Assembly (NCBI GenBank): GCA_003650865.1
Contig: QMSN01000001.1
Span: 1-28,338 of the forward strand
Direction of reading: 5' to 3'
Source: Thermoprotei archaeon
GTDB lineage: Archaea; Thermoproteota; Methanomethylicia; Nezhaarchaeales; WYZ-LMO8
DNA: 28,338 nucleotides
Numbering within the stretch: position 1 is the first letter of the stretch; each line of letters begins with the position of its first letter. Positions 17,600-25,986 of the stretch are shown here, in pieces. Below the pieces are notes generated by a model. It searched no databases, was not told where the DNA came from, and saw nothing but the letters and a program-made list of their open reading frames with translations. Made by a program: the position numbers and the translations under genes.

Positions 17600-18767
17600 T
17601 AGTCTGAATGGTTTTGCAAAGCTCCTCTAAGCGACCGTTAAACCTCACGGCCTTAGGGTTGAAGTGGGTAACCGTAGCCTCAAACCCTCTCGCCGAAAGT
17701 TCATCCACAAGGAGCCTCACCTTAGGCTGCTTGAGCTTAAAGCGGCTTGAGATGACATCTATGGTGAAGTAGGTTGGAGGTCCTTCACACTCCTCGAGTA
17801 TGAGGCTCAGCGTCTTGGCAAGTTGCCTCTTCGTCGGCAAATTCTTTCTATAGAGGATCTTAAGCATCTCAGCGCAGAACTCCTTGTTGAAAAGAGGGCC
17901 TATCCAAAGAGGGCCCGCTATGCTCATGCTCTTTCCACATATGGGACACGTGGTTCTACGCAGGTCTTTAAAGGCTAAGAGCTCTCTATGCAGACACTGG
18001 AAGCAATGAGCTATGAAGCCCATGTGTTCCGTGTGCAACCCCCTATAATGCTTATCTAGCTCTACGAAGACCCTTACGTAGTGCATTGTGCTGTGACATG
18101 TGAGAGGCTTAATCGTTAAGTCATACTTACCTGCCTCTCTACACAAGAGGCCTAGCACGAGCCTAACAGCAACTTCATGGCAGTACTCTGTTCTGATGGA
18201 GAGGCCACCATACTTTCTCAAAGCGACTTCAGGATATACCCCGCACAAAGGGGGCATGTCCGTTGCGGTTACTGCTATAAGCCCACCTATACGAGTAGCC
18301 CTTATCGCAGAGTCCACGTATGGAGCTGGAGAACCGAAGGGATCTATGTCGGTGACTGAGAACCTTAAGTCCTTAGAGCTGTGGCTCGAGAGAACTTTGT
18401 TGGCGTCGCCTAGTTGAACCACGACCTTGTTGTTCAACCCGTTCAACAACGTGTTGAGCTCAGCGAAGGATATGGCTATGGGGTTCACATCACATATCAA
18501 GACCTCATCAGAGCCTTCAACCTCCTTCGCATACCTCAATCCTCTAATGCCACTGGCCGTCAGGGGCTCAGCTATTCTAAGCCTCTGAGACTTCAACTTG
18601 CTGAAAGCTTCCAGAGCACATATAGAGAAGTCCCTTGAGAAGACCATGACGTCGTTGTAGAAGACGATCTTTCGAGCTACTTCATCGCCTAACACCTCTC
18701 GATCTGGGAGGACTAGTTTCACCATCCCCTCTCTGTGGAGCCTTAAGGGTATCTTAGGGGTTGGCAT
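17583..18767 (-). CDS. trm1: tRNA (guanine26-N2)-dimethyltransferase
   Basis: VFYN..M...RD, SGIRGLRY, DIDPFGSP, TATD..PLCG, Zn-ribbon CxxC...CxxC and GPLWIGPL. Confidence 0.95.
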   Translation of the reverse strand: MPTPKIPLRLHREGMVKLVLPDREVLGDEVARKIVFYNDVMVFSRDFSICALEAFSKLKSQRLRIAEPLTASGIRGLRYAKEVEGSDEVLICDVNPIAISFAELNTLLNGLNNKVVVQLGDANKVLSSHSSKDLRFSVTDIDPFGSPAPYVDSAIRATRIGGLIAVTATDMPPLCGVYPEVALRKYGGLSIRTEYCHEVAVRLVLGLLCREAGKYDLTIKPLTCHSTMHYVRVFVELDKHYRGLHTEHMGFIAHCFQCLHRELLAFKDLRRTTCPICGKSMSIAGPLWIGPLFNKEFCAEMLKILYRKNLPTKRQLAKTLSLILEECEGPPTYFTIDVISSRFKLKQPKVRLLVDELSARGFEATVTHFNPKAVRFNGRLEELCKTIQTISQST

Positions 18768-18782
18768 ACCGTTTACTCCAAG

Positions 18783-19400
18783 CTAAGCCTCAATGCCTTT
18801 AAAGTTTAGGCACACGATGTATATCTCTCTGCTAGCCTTCTTAGAGGCTTTAGGTCTGTAGAGCTTAACAACACTAAAAGATTTCCTTAAGAGCCTTAGC
18901 ACGTCGTCGAGGCCCTCGCCTTGGAATGCCTTCACGACCATGTTGCCTCCTACCCTCAAAGCCTTATGGGCCAATCGCAGAGAACACTCGATTAGGAGAG
19001 CTTGTCTAGCTAAATCTGTACTCCACACGCCAGAGAGCTTAGGTGCTGCATCGGATATTACGGCGTCCGCCTTACGAGGAAGGGTCCTAAGCACTTCGCC
19101 GTGGACTTCTTCATCACAGATGTCGCCCTTCAAGACTATGAGATTAGGGACGCCCAGAGACTTGATGTCCCTAACGTCCACAGCCACAACGAGCCCTCTC
19201 TCACCTACAACGTTGAGAGCTACTTGAGACCAGCCGCCTGGGTAAGCACCTAGATCTACAACCACACTTCCCTCTTTGAACAACTTGAACTTCTCATTCA
19301 TCTCAATTAACTTGAAGGCAGCTCTAGACCTGTACCCCCTGCTCTTAGCCATTCTATAAAAGAAGTCCTTCAGCCTCTCCTTACCCCACCTTTTAGGCAT
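18783..19400 (-). CDS. rlmE: 23S rRNA (uridine2552-2'-O)-methyltransferase RlmE/FtsJ
   Basis: YRSRAAFKL, VVDLGAYPGGWSQ, VISDAAP, VKAFQG and KPKASR-like RPKASKK..REIY (K-D-K-E tetrad). Confidence 0.93.
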   Translation of the reverse strand: MPKRWGKERLKDFFYRMAKSRGYRSRAAFKLIEMNEKFKLFKEGSVVVDLGAYPGGWSQVALNVVGERGLVVAVDVRDIKSLGVPNLIVLKGDICDEEVHGEVLRTLPRKADAVISDAAPKLSGVWSTDLARQALLIECSLRLAHKALRVGGNMVVKAFQGEGLDDVLRLLRKSFSVVKLYRPKASKKASREIYIVCLNFKGIEA

Positions 19401-19412
19401 TAGCCACCCCTT

Positions 19413-19778
19413 TTAGTCGTCCTTTAAGAGCCAAGCCGTGAGATCCTCGCAGTTCTCAGGGTTTATGTGTTGTCCACTTCCACACCTGCTTAAGTTCATG
19501 CAGGAGAAGCATGGACAACCCTCAACGGTCTCTAGGCTTACCTTGAGGTCGCTAGAAGTCGCCACCAACTTAAAGGTCTTCCATCGATCTTGAGCCACGG
19601 GCTCCCTTATGATCAAGCCCCTCTTCTCGAGGGTTAAGGCTATGCGTGAGCCCTCGCGACTACTAACCTTCAAGATCTTCCATAAATCCTTCTGTAAAAT
19701 GCCGTCTGGACCCGCCTTCCTTATGATGTCGAGCGCTTTTGCGTAGATGTCCTCAGCTGCCTTCGTCTTGCGCTTCAT
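19413..19778 (-). CDS. RPC34/RPC39-like winged-helix + Fe-S protein (TFE beta-type transcription factor)
   Basis: GILQKDLWK wHTH and C-terminal CPCFSC.....C..........C cluster; downstream of tfb as in the known crenarchaeal arrangement. Confidence 0.85.
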   Translation of the reverse strand: MKRKTKAAEDIYAKALDIIRKAGPDGILQKDLWKILKVSSREGSRIALTLEKRGLIIREPVAQDRWKTFKLVATSSDLKVSLETVEGCPCFSCMNLSRCGSGQHINPENCEDLTAWLLKDD

Positions 19779-19785
19779 AAAGAAA

Positions 19786-20715
19786 TTATATGGTTACTAT
19801 AAATTCAAGCTTTCGCATGAGCTCCTGATACCTGTTTCTTATTGTGACCTCTGTAACGTTCGCGGATGAGGCTATGTCCCTCTGAGTGCACTTTACATGT
19901 TGAAGTATGCTGGCGATGTATATCGAAGCGGCTGCTATGCCCATGGGGCCGCGCCCAGAGGTCAGGCCCATGTCCCTAGCTCTCTCAAGTATCGCTATAG
20001 CCAGCTTCTGAACCTCGTGAGGGAGGTTGAGCTTGTTTACGAGGCGAGGAATGAAGTTTATGGAAGCCATAGGCGTAACCTTAGCCACAAGGGTCTTCAA
20101 TAGGAGTCTATAGCTCCTCCCTATCTCCCTCTTCTTTATGTTAGATGCTTGAGATATCTCGTCTAGCGTTCTGGGAATCCTGTTCTGCCTACAAGCTGCG
20201 TATATGGCGGCGGCCACCATGCTCTCGATAGATCTACCCCTTATGAGCTTGGCCTCCACCATCCTTCTGTAAAATATGGCTGCGCTCTCCCTCACGTTCC
20301 TCGGCAAGCCCAGCTGAGAGGATATTCTATCGAGCTCTGAGAGAGCAAAGGTGAGGTTCCTCTCAAATGCGTTGGAAACCCTAGACCTCTGCTGCCACTT
20401 CTTCAGCTTATATATCTGTATCCTCCTAGCTGGGCTCATGGAGCGCGACGACTTATTGCTGCTATGCCAGTCTATTATCGTTGAGAGGCCCTTATCGTGT
20501 ATAGTTAGTGTGAGGGGGGCTCCAGCTCTAGCCCTTCTATCCTGTTGTTCTGAGTCGAAAGCTCTCCACTCTGGACCTAGATCTATAAGCCTCTCGCCTA
20601 TGACTAAGCCGCACCTAGCACAAGCCATCTCAGCTCGGTCATAGTCCCTAAAAAACTCTGTGCTTCCGCACTCAGGACATCTAAACTCGGGTTCATCGGT
20701 CGGAACTCCCTTCAT
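19786..20715 (-). CDS. tfb: Transcription initiation factor IIB
   Basis: CPECG...CARCG Zn ribbon, ID.GPEWRAF B-reader, two cyclin repeats, and TEVTIRNRY. Confidence 0.97.
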   Translation of the reverse strand: MKGVPTDEPEFRCPECGSTEFFRDYDRAEMACARCGLVIGERLIDLGPEWRAFDSEQQDRRARAGAPLTLTIHDKGLSTIIDWHSSNKSSRSMSPARRIQIYKLKKWQQRSRVSNAFERNLTFALSELDRISSQLGLPRNVRESAAIFYRRMVEAKLIRGRSIESMVAAAIYAACRQNRIPRTLDEISQASNIKKREIGRSYRLLLKTLVAKVTPMASINFIPRLVNKLNLPHEVQKLAIAILERARDMGLTSGRGPMGIAAASIYIASILQHVKCTQRDIASSANVTEVTIRNRYQELMRKLEFIVTI

Positions 20716-20990
20716 CTCCTCTGCCTCCTAGTTTTAACTCCAACCTTCACCTCTACGTAGAGTTTCTTCAGCTGGCGGAGGTCATGGGGGCTTAACCCCT
20801 TAGATGGCTTAACCACCACGTAGGGCGAGGAGGTGGGGCCTATTATATCGTAAACTGAGCCTACAACCCTGAACTTACCGTTATAAACAGGGTCGCCGAT
20901 TCGAGGTATGACCTTGCTGGCTTTAACTATTATGTTGTTGTTCCGTGAAATATGCTTGATCACGCCAAGCGACGTGAGGGGTTCCCCCAT
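20712..20990 (-). CDS. gar1: H/ACA RNP protein Gar1
   Basis: LG...H, V...G.V.DIIGP...PYVVVKP; directly upstream of tfb. Confidence 0.88.
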   Translation of the reverse strand: MGEPLTSLGVIKHISRNNNIIVKASKVIPRIGDPVYNGKFRVVGSVYDIIGPTSSPYVVVKPSKGLSPHDLRQLKKLYVEVKVGVKTRRQRR

Positions 20991-21016
20991 GACTGGGGAA
21001 ACCTTAAAGCAATCTA

Positions 21017-21032
21017 ATATAAAAATTTCTTA
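21017..21032 (-). promoter_or_regulatory. BRE/TATA for the gar1-tfb operon (near-leaderless)
   Basis: Minus-strand AAGAAAT-TTTTATAT about 27-33 nt upstream of the gar1 ATG. Confidence 0.6.
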
Positions 21033-21099
21033 AGGCTATTCCATAACCAGCGAAGTATTGCTAACGATTTTCTCGTAAGCTATAAAGGAATCCTACGTA

Positions 21100-21402
21100 T
21101 TACGAGCGTGCTCTTCTATTCTCTTGAATCTTCTTGGCTATGGCTATTAGCAAGCTCCTCTTGGACCCCACCTTCTTCACTAAAACTCTCGACGTCTCCT
21201 CCCACCACCAGGAGGGGTGCACCTTCTCCTCAACTTCCGGCTCTAGTCCTAGCTGAGAAGCTGCTTGCACTATCTCCTCGACCTTAGGTGAGGTTACGGC
21301 GTACTTCTTAGGTATCTTTCTACCCCTAGACTCCGACTTACTTGAGTCTAGGTAGCAGCAGTACACGATAACTCTATCCCTATCCCCTAAGATGAGGGTC
21401 AC
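21100..21402 (-). CDS. srp19: Signal recognition particle 19 kDa protein
   Basis: YLDS..S...GRKIPK..AV..P...EI..AA..LG, HP..WW and K..LL..IA. Confidence 0.92.
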   Translation of the reverse strand: MTLILGDRDRVIVYCCYLDSSKSESRGRKIPKKYAVTSPKVEEIVQAASQLGLEPEVEEKVHPSWWWEETSRVLVKKVGSKRSLLIAIAKKIQENRRARS

Positions 21403-21794
21403 GCCCCGCCTCCAGTTATGAGGACTGCGTTGACGACGCCGTCCTGTCCAGGTCTAGACGTAACCCTCGCAAGGCCCTTCTCAGTCTCTATGATGGCCCC
21501 TCTAGTGATCACGCCTCTACGTGAGTAGTCAACGCTAGCTGGGTTCTCCCTCACGCCTAGTATCCTCAGCTTGTAGGCCTTATGGGTCTCGGGGTCCATA
21601 ACGTTGGCGTACATGACGTACTTCAAGCCCACCTTGTAGTTGCCCCCGCGAACCCTCCTTATTATCCTAGTCTCCTTGTCTGAAGGCAAGGGCTCAAGGG
21701 GTTCTCTGCCAAGCTCATACTTCCTCTTCTTCCTGTGAGGCCTAAACTTGCCTCCAGTGGGCTTCCTAAGATCTCCACCATGGTATTGCGGCAC
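21399..21794 (-). CDS. rps8e: 30S ribosomal protein S8e
   Basis: RKPTGG...RKKRKYELGR, RVRGGN.K, ITRGAIIET, ARVTSRPGQDGVVNAVL. Confidence 0.97.
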   Translation of the reverse strand: MPQYHGGDLRKPTGGKFRPHRKKRKYELGREPLEPLPSDKETRIIRRVRGGNYKVGLKYVMYANVMDPETHKAYKLRILGVRENPASVDYSRRGVITRGAIIETEKGLARVTSRPGQDGVVNAVLITGGGA

Positions 21795-21887
21795 CTATCA
21801 GACACCTCTACCTTGACTATCGCTTCATGTGGTGAGGGAAAATTCAATAGGAGGGGATATAAGCTTTATGCACATGAGGGTCTACAT

Positions 21888-22913
21888 ATGGCGACAGGCG
21901 ATGTACTACTAGCTCACGGTGCCGGCGGAACCGTCATGGTGGACCTCATAAAGAGCTTGATAATCCAGAATATCAAGAGGAGGAGGGTCTACGACGGGCT
22001 TGGGCTTGACGAGATGGATGATGGAGCCTCCTTACCGCTAGGCGACTACGAGGTCGTGCTCACCATGGATGGACACACAGTGGATCCCATATTCTTCCCG
22101 GGAGGCGACATAGGGAAGCTGGCCGTGGCCGGAACCATAAACGACTTGGCTGTGATGGGTGCAAAGCCTCTGGCAATAATGGACTCAATAGTCGTTGAGG
22201 AGGGGTTCCCTCTACAGAAACTAGAGAGGATTGTGAGGTCCATGAACGACGTGGCCGAGGAGGTAGGGGTCGCCATAGTCCACGGCGACTTCAAGGTCAT
22301 GCCGCGCGGCAAGATAGATAAGATAGTCGTGAGCACAGCTGGCGTGGGACTTGCTAAGAGAGGGTGTTTGCTGAAGGACTCGAACTTGAAGGTTGGGGAT
22401 AAGGTCATAGTCTCTGGCTTCATAGGAGATCACGGCATAGCCCTAGCCTCAGTTAAGGAGGGTATCGAGTTTGAGGCTAAGCTTGAGTCCGACGTAGCCC
22501 CCATATGGGACGTCATGGAGGCCGCGCTGGGCATTGGAGGAGTCCACGCAGCCAAAGATCCCACTAGAGGTGGGCTCTCCATGGCTCTAAACGAAATGGC
22601 CTCTAAGTCCGGGTTGTGCATATGGATTAGGGAGATAGATGTCCCTGTGAGAGATGATGTTAAAGCTGCATCTGAAATGTTGGGCCTCAACCCCTTCGAG
22701 GTCACGTGTGAGGGTGTAGCGGTCATAGTTGTTGAGAGAGAAGTTGCTGAGGAGGTTCTCGAAGCCGTTAGGAAGACGAAGCATGGAGCCTACGCCTCGA
22801 TAATAGGTGAGGTGCGCGAAGAGCCTAAGGGGAAGGTGGTGCTCGAAACACTCGTTGGAGGGAGGAAGCTGTTAGAGCCCCCTCTAGGAGAGCCTACGCC
22901 GAGGGTGTGTTGA
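21888..22913 (+). CDS. hypE: Hydrogenase maturation carbamoyl dehydratase HypE (true start ATG 21888; the ORF-track start at 21735 runs into rps8e)
   Basis: LAHGAGG, DD.A, D.HTV.PIFFPGGDIG.LAV.GT.NDLAV.GA, KDPTRGG and C-terminal PRVC. Confidence 0.93.
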   Translation: MATGDVLLAHGAGGTVMVDLIKSLIIQNIKRRRVYDGLGLDEMDDGASLPLGDYEVVLTMDGHTVDPIFFPGGDIGKLAVAGTINDLAVMGAKPLAIMDSIVVEEGFPLQKLERIVRSMNDVAEEVGVAIVHGDFKVMPRGKIDKIVVSTAGVGLAKRGCLLKDSNLKVGDKVIVSGFIGDHGIALASVKEGIEFEAKLESDVAPIWDVMEAALGIGGVHAAKDPTRGGLSMALNEMASKSGLCIWIREIDVPVRDDVKAASEMLGLNPFEVTCEGVAVIVVEREVAEEVLEAVRKTKHGAYASIIGEVREEPKGKVVLETLVGGRKLLEPPLGEPTPRVC

Positions 22914-24022
22914 GCATGGAGAATGCTGTGCCAGAACGCGTTATTGAGGACAGGCTTAAGAGGATCTTGGATTTAGCGTCGAGAGAGGGCTTAGAGTACG
23001 TCCTGTTAGCGCAGCCGGAGAACGTTCAGTACGCAACGGGTTTTGACGTGGTCGGCAATCCCCCTAAGACAGCTTACGCGCTTGTAGCTGAGAGCCTTGA
23101 AGGGCCTATACTCATGGTTCCACCGCTTGAGTACAAGGAGGCAGTTGACACGGTTAGCCCGCTCGTGAAGGTGGTGTCATTCAAGCTCGGTGAGAAGCCT
23201 CTGAAAGCTCTGCTGAGGTTGTTGGTGGAATACCAAGTTAGGGGTTGCGTGGGGCTTGACCTTTGCACCCGCGAGATGGCTGATGGCTTAAGGGCCAAGC
23301 TTGAAGTGCGGGAAGTCAAAGACCTTAACGATGGGCTCTTAAAGCTGCGAGAGGTCAAGGACTCCTACGAGGTTGAGTGCATAAGGCAGGCTACGAGGGT
23401 CGTCGAGGCAGGTCTTCAGAGGGCTTATGAGGTTTTGAGGGAGGGAGTCAGGGAGGTTGACGTAGCAGCTGAAGTGGAGAGGGCCTTGAGGATCGAGGGG
23501 GCTGAGGGCATGGCCTTTGACACCATAGTCGCCTCAGGGCCACGGTCAGCCTATCCTCACGCTAAGCCCACCAAGAGGGTCATCAAGAGGGGGGAGGTGG
23601 TCGTCGTAGACCTAGGGGTTAGAGTGCACGGCTACTGCTCTGACATGACTAGGACCTTCATCGTCGGAGAGAATCGAGAGGCCTCGCAGGTGATAGCAGC
23701 CGTTAAAGGAGCTCAGGAGGCGGCGCTCAAAGTCATGAGGGATGGCGTCAAGGCCTCGACGCCGGACGCAGAAGCTAGGAGGGCTCTGAAGGAGAAGGCG
23801 CTCGACGAGTACTTTATTCACAGCCTCGGTCACGGGGTAGGGCTCTCAGTTCACGAAGGTCCTGCGCTGTCATCCTCTAGCAACGACGTGTTGAGAGAGG
23901 GCAACGTCGTAACCGTGGAGCCAGGGGTTTACATCCCGGGTAAGTTTGGGGTTAGGTTAGAGGACGTCGTCTTAATTAATAAAGGAGGGTGGAGTAGAAT
24001 ATCGAGGCTGGAGGGTTTATGA
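22907..24022 (+). CDS. pepQ: Xaa-Pro aminopeptidase/prolidase (M24B)
   Basis: Creatinase N-domain, then VDLG...GYCSDMTRT, HSLGHGVGL.VHE, TVEPGVY and RLEDVV. Confidence 0.9.
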   Translation: MLSMENAVPERVIEDRLKRILDLASREGLEYVLLAQPENVQYATGFDVVGNPPKTAYALVAESLEGPILMVPPLEYKEAVDTVSPLVKVVSFKLGEKPLKALLRLLVEYQVRGCVGLDLCTREMADGLRAKLEVREVKDLNDGLLKLREVKDSYEVECIRQATRVVEAGLQRAYEVLREGVREVDVAAEVERALRIEGAEGMAFDTIVASGPRSAYPHAKPTKRVIKRGEVVVVDLGVRVHGYCSDMTRTFIVGENREASQVIAAVKGAQEAALKVMRDGVKASTPDAEARRALKEKALDEYFIHSLGHGVGLSVHEGPALSSSSNDVLREGNVVTVEPGVYIPGKFGVRLEDVVLINKGGWSRISRLEGL

Positions 24023-25587
24023 TGGAGTTTAGCTTGAAGGGGTACTTCACCTTCAACAAGCCGCTTCAAGGAGTTGAGGAAACTCTCAAGGAGGTTATTG
24101 ATGAGGCCAATAGGAGCATCCTCGTGAAGGGCGTGCCGAAGGGAAAGGAGGGTGAGGGTGCTAAGGTAACTGCTTGGAGGATTGAGGACGGAAAACTCTA
24201 CGTGGAGATATCCTCTGGGAGGTACGTGAGGGCTCACGATGCCCTCTTCAGGCTTAGGAAGCTCATAGGTGCAGAGCTGGGTAAGAGGCATAGGATAGGC
24301 GTGAGAGGCTTTGAGGTCTTGAACTACGTCATCAAGGTCCCAGGCTTCAAGGGGGACTTGAGCGAGGTTGAAGACCTCTTAGGCGACCGTGGAGTAGCTG
24401 AACTCACAGGCGACCTATTGACCATAGAGCTCAGAGGCGTCGAGGAAAGCGACTTAGAGGCTAGGATAGTGGATAGGCTCGTGAAGGCCCTCGTCAAGCC
24501 CGAAGCTGAGGTAGAGGCTCCTAAAGCCCTCCTAGTACCCTTCGGCCACGTAATCGAGCAGTCAAGCCCCAAGCCTGTGAAGTTTAACCTCGAAGTCGCC
24601 AGCGAAGCAGAGAAAAGGAGCTGGATAAAGAGGTTCCCAGCTAGAGGACAGTGGATATTCACAGGGCCCATGGTAGGCCTCCTAAAGGTGATGCGTGACT
24701 TAATAGTAGAGAACGTGTGTAGACCCCTAGGGTTTGAGGAGTGGATGTTCCCTAGGCTCATACCTCTAACCGTCCTCGAGAAGCTCTCAAGCTACGTTGA
24801 ACACCTCCCCGAGGGAATGTTCTACGTCTGTGTACCCCCACGAGACCCCTCAGCATTCGATGAGTACAAGAGGGAGTACACTCTGAAGAGGGTTTTGAGG
24901 AAGGACTTATTGAAGGACATACTGGGCGAACCCGAGTACGTGCTAGACGCCGTGCAATGCCCACCATTCTACCAGTTCTTCAGCAGCGAAACCGTTAGGA
25001 TTGAGGAACTCCCCATAAAGGTGTACGAGTGCATGGGCGGCTGGACTTGGAGAAATGAGGCTGGAGGAGTGGAGGGCCTTGCCAGGACCAACGAGTTCTG
25101 GCGCATGGAGATGGTGTACCTAGGGGCACCCAGCGACGTGGTCAAGATAAGGGAGGAGGTGGTCTCGAAGACGTTGAACCTCGTGGACAAGGTCTTAGAG
25201 CTCGAGTGGAGAGTTGTAGTAGGCGCGCCGTTTTACCTGTCGAGCGAGGAAGCTAAGAAGAGGAAGATCGACATATCGTCTAGGGACAAGATACCGACCA
25301 TAGACATTGAGTGCTACTTGCCTTATCGAGGTAAGAGGGAAGAGGCGGAGTGGCTTGAGATAACGGCTGCCAGTGTCCACTACAAGCACTACGTCTCAGC
25401 CTTTAGGATAAAGGAAGTTAAGGGCAGGGAGATATGGACTGGCTGCACGGGGCATGGCCTCACAAGGTGGGCTACCGCCTTCCTAGCCCAACACGGCTTC
25501 GACCCATCCAACTGGCCTAGCGCTGTCAGAGATAGGTTTGAGAAGTATGGGCCATATAGGCAAGTCAAAACGCTTGAGTGGCCATAA
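24019..25587 (+). CDS. serS: Seryl-tRNA synthetase, methanogen (rare) type
   Basis: N-terminal alpha/beta domain with SGRYVRAHDA, GQW motif, and Zn-ligand candidates in QCPPFY, NEFWRMEMV and WTGCTGHG. Confidence 0.92.
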   Translation: MMEFSLKGYFTFNKPLQGVEETLKEVIDEANRSILVKGVPKGKEGEGAKVTAWRIEDGKLYVEISSGRYVRAHDALFRLRKLIGAELGKRHRIGVRGFEVLNYVIKVPGFKGDLSEVEDLLGDRGVAELTGDLLTIELRGVEESDLEARIVDRLVKALVKPEAEVEAPKALLVPFGHVIEQSSPKPVKFNLEVASEAEKRSWIKRFPARGQWIFTGPMVGLLKVMRDLIVENVCRPLGFEEWMFPRLIPLTVLEKLSSYVEHLPEGMFYVCVPPRDPSAFDEYKREYTLKRVLRKDLLKDILGEPEYVLDAVQCPPFYQFFSSETVRIEELPIKVYECMGGWTWRNEAGGVEGLARTNEFWRMEMVYLGAPSDVVKIREEVVSKTLNLVDKVLELEWRVVVGAPFYLSSEEAKKRKIDISSRDKIPTIDIECYLPYRGKREEAEWLEITAASVHYKHYVSAFRIKEVKGREIWTGCTGHGLTRWATAFLAQHGFDPSNWPSAVRDRFEKYGPYRQVKTLEWP

Positions 25588-25651
25588 TCAATCTCTGAAA
25601 TCAAATGATGAAATAAAGTTGTAATTTTCGAGGGTTTGAGGAGGCTACTAT

Positions 25652-25786
25652 TCATTTAGGAGTGAAGCTGTCGCAGCTGTCAGCTGGAGTGGTCCATATG
25701 GACCTAGTCTTGCAGTAATTCTTCTCTAAGTCGTAGTTCTTGCAGTTGTAGCAAGAGCCCTTAACGAAGCCTATAGTTGCTGACAT
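25652..25786 (-). CDS. Small four-cysteine protein, 44 aa (not in ORF track)
   Basis: MSATIGFVKGSCYNCKNYDLEKNYCKTRSIWTTPADSCDSFTPK* (CX2CX9CX12C); SD GGGTGA 5 nt before the ATG; TATA-like TTTTTAAA upstream. Confidence 0.75.
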   Translation of the reverse strand: MSATIGFVKGSCYNCKNYDLEKNYCKTRSIWTTPADSCDSFTPK

Positions 25787-25817
25787 TAAGGTCACCCAGA
25801 GAAAGTTCCAAGCGTTA

Positions 25818-25834
25818 GTTTAAAAATTTTAAAC
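25818..25834. promoter_or_regulatory. Perfect inverted repeat overlapping the TATA box of the small Cys protein gene
   Basis: GTTTAAAA-A-TTTTAAAC (8-bp arms, 1-nt spacer). Confidence 0.45.
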
Positions 25835-25852
25835 AGGGTGAACAGCCGTTGC

Positions 25853-25915
25853 GGCGTCAGTCCGCCCATCATATATCATCGCTTGGGCTCTTAGACCGTC
25901 ATCTCTTCATCCGCC
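25853..25915 (-). ncRNA. Box C/D guide sRNA, predicted to guide 16S rRNA Cm1402 (E. coli numbering)
   Basis: GGCG-G-AUGAAGA(C)-GAUGACGGU-CUAA(D')-...-AUGAUAU(C')-AUGAUGGGCGGA-CUGA(D)-CGCC. It has a terminal 4-bp stem and K-turn geometry, and the D guide pairs over 10 bp with the conserved 16S CCGCCCGUCA. Confidence 0.85.
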
Positions 25916-25918
25916 ACC

Positions 25919-25946
25919 TAATTAATTAAAGAGGGCAGTTATTAAT
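25919..25946. promoter_or_regulatory. AT-rich divergent promoter region between the C/D sRNA and the DHH gene
   Basis: TAATTAATTAAA and TTATTAAT boxes in an otherwise GC-richer context, about 25 nt from plausible starts on each strand. Confidence 0.45.
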
Positions 25947-25986
25947 GTTCTGCGTGGAGGGGGGAGGCATTAAGCTTAGAGAGTTC

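Noticed and set aside
21735-21887. 51-aa N-terminal extension of HypE in the ORF track
   Set aside because: It overlaps divergent rps8e and its promoter; HypE similarity begins at ATG 21888.
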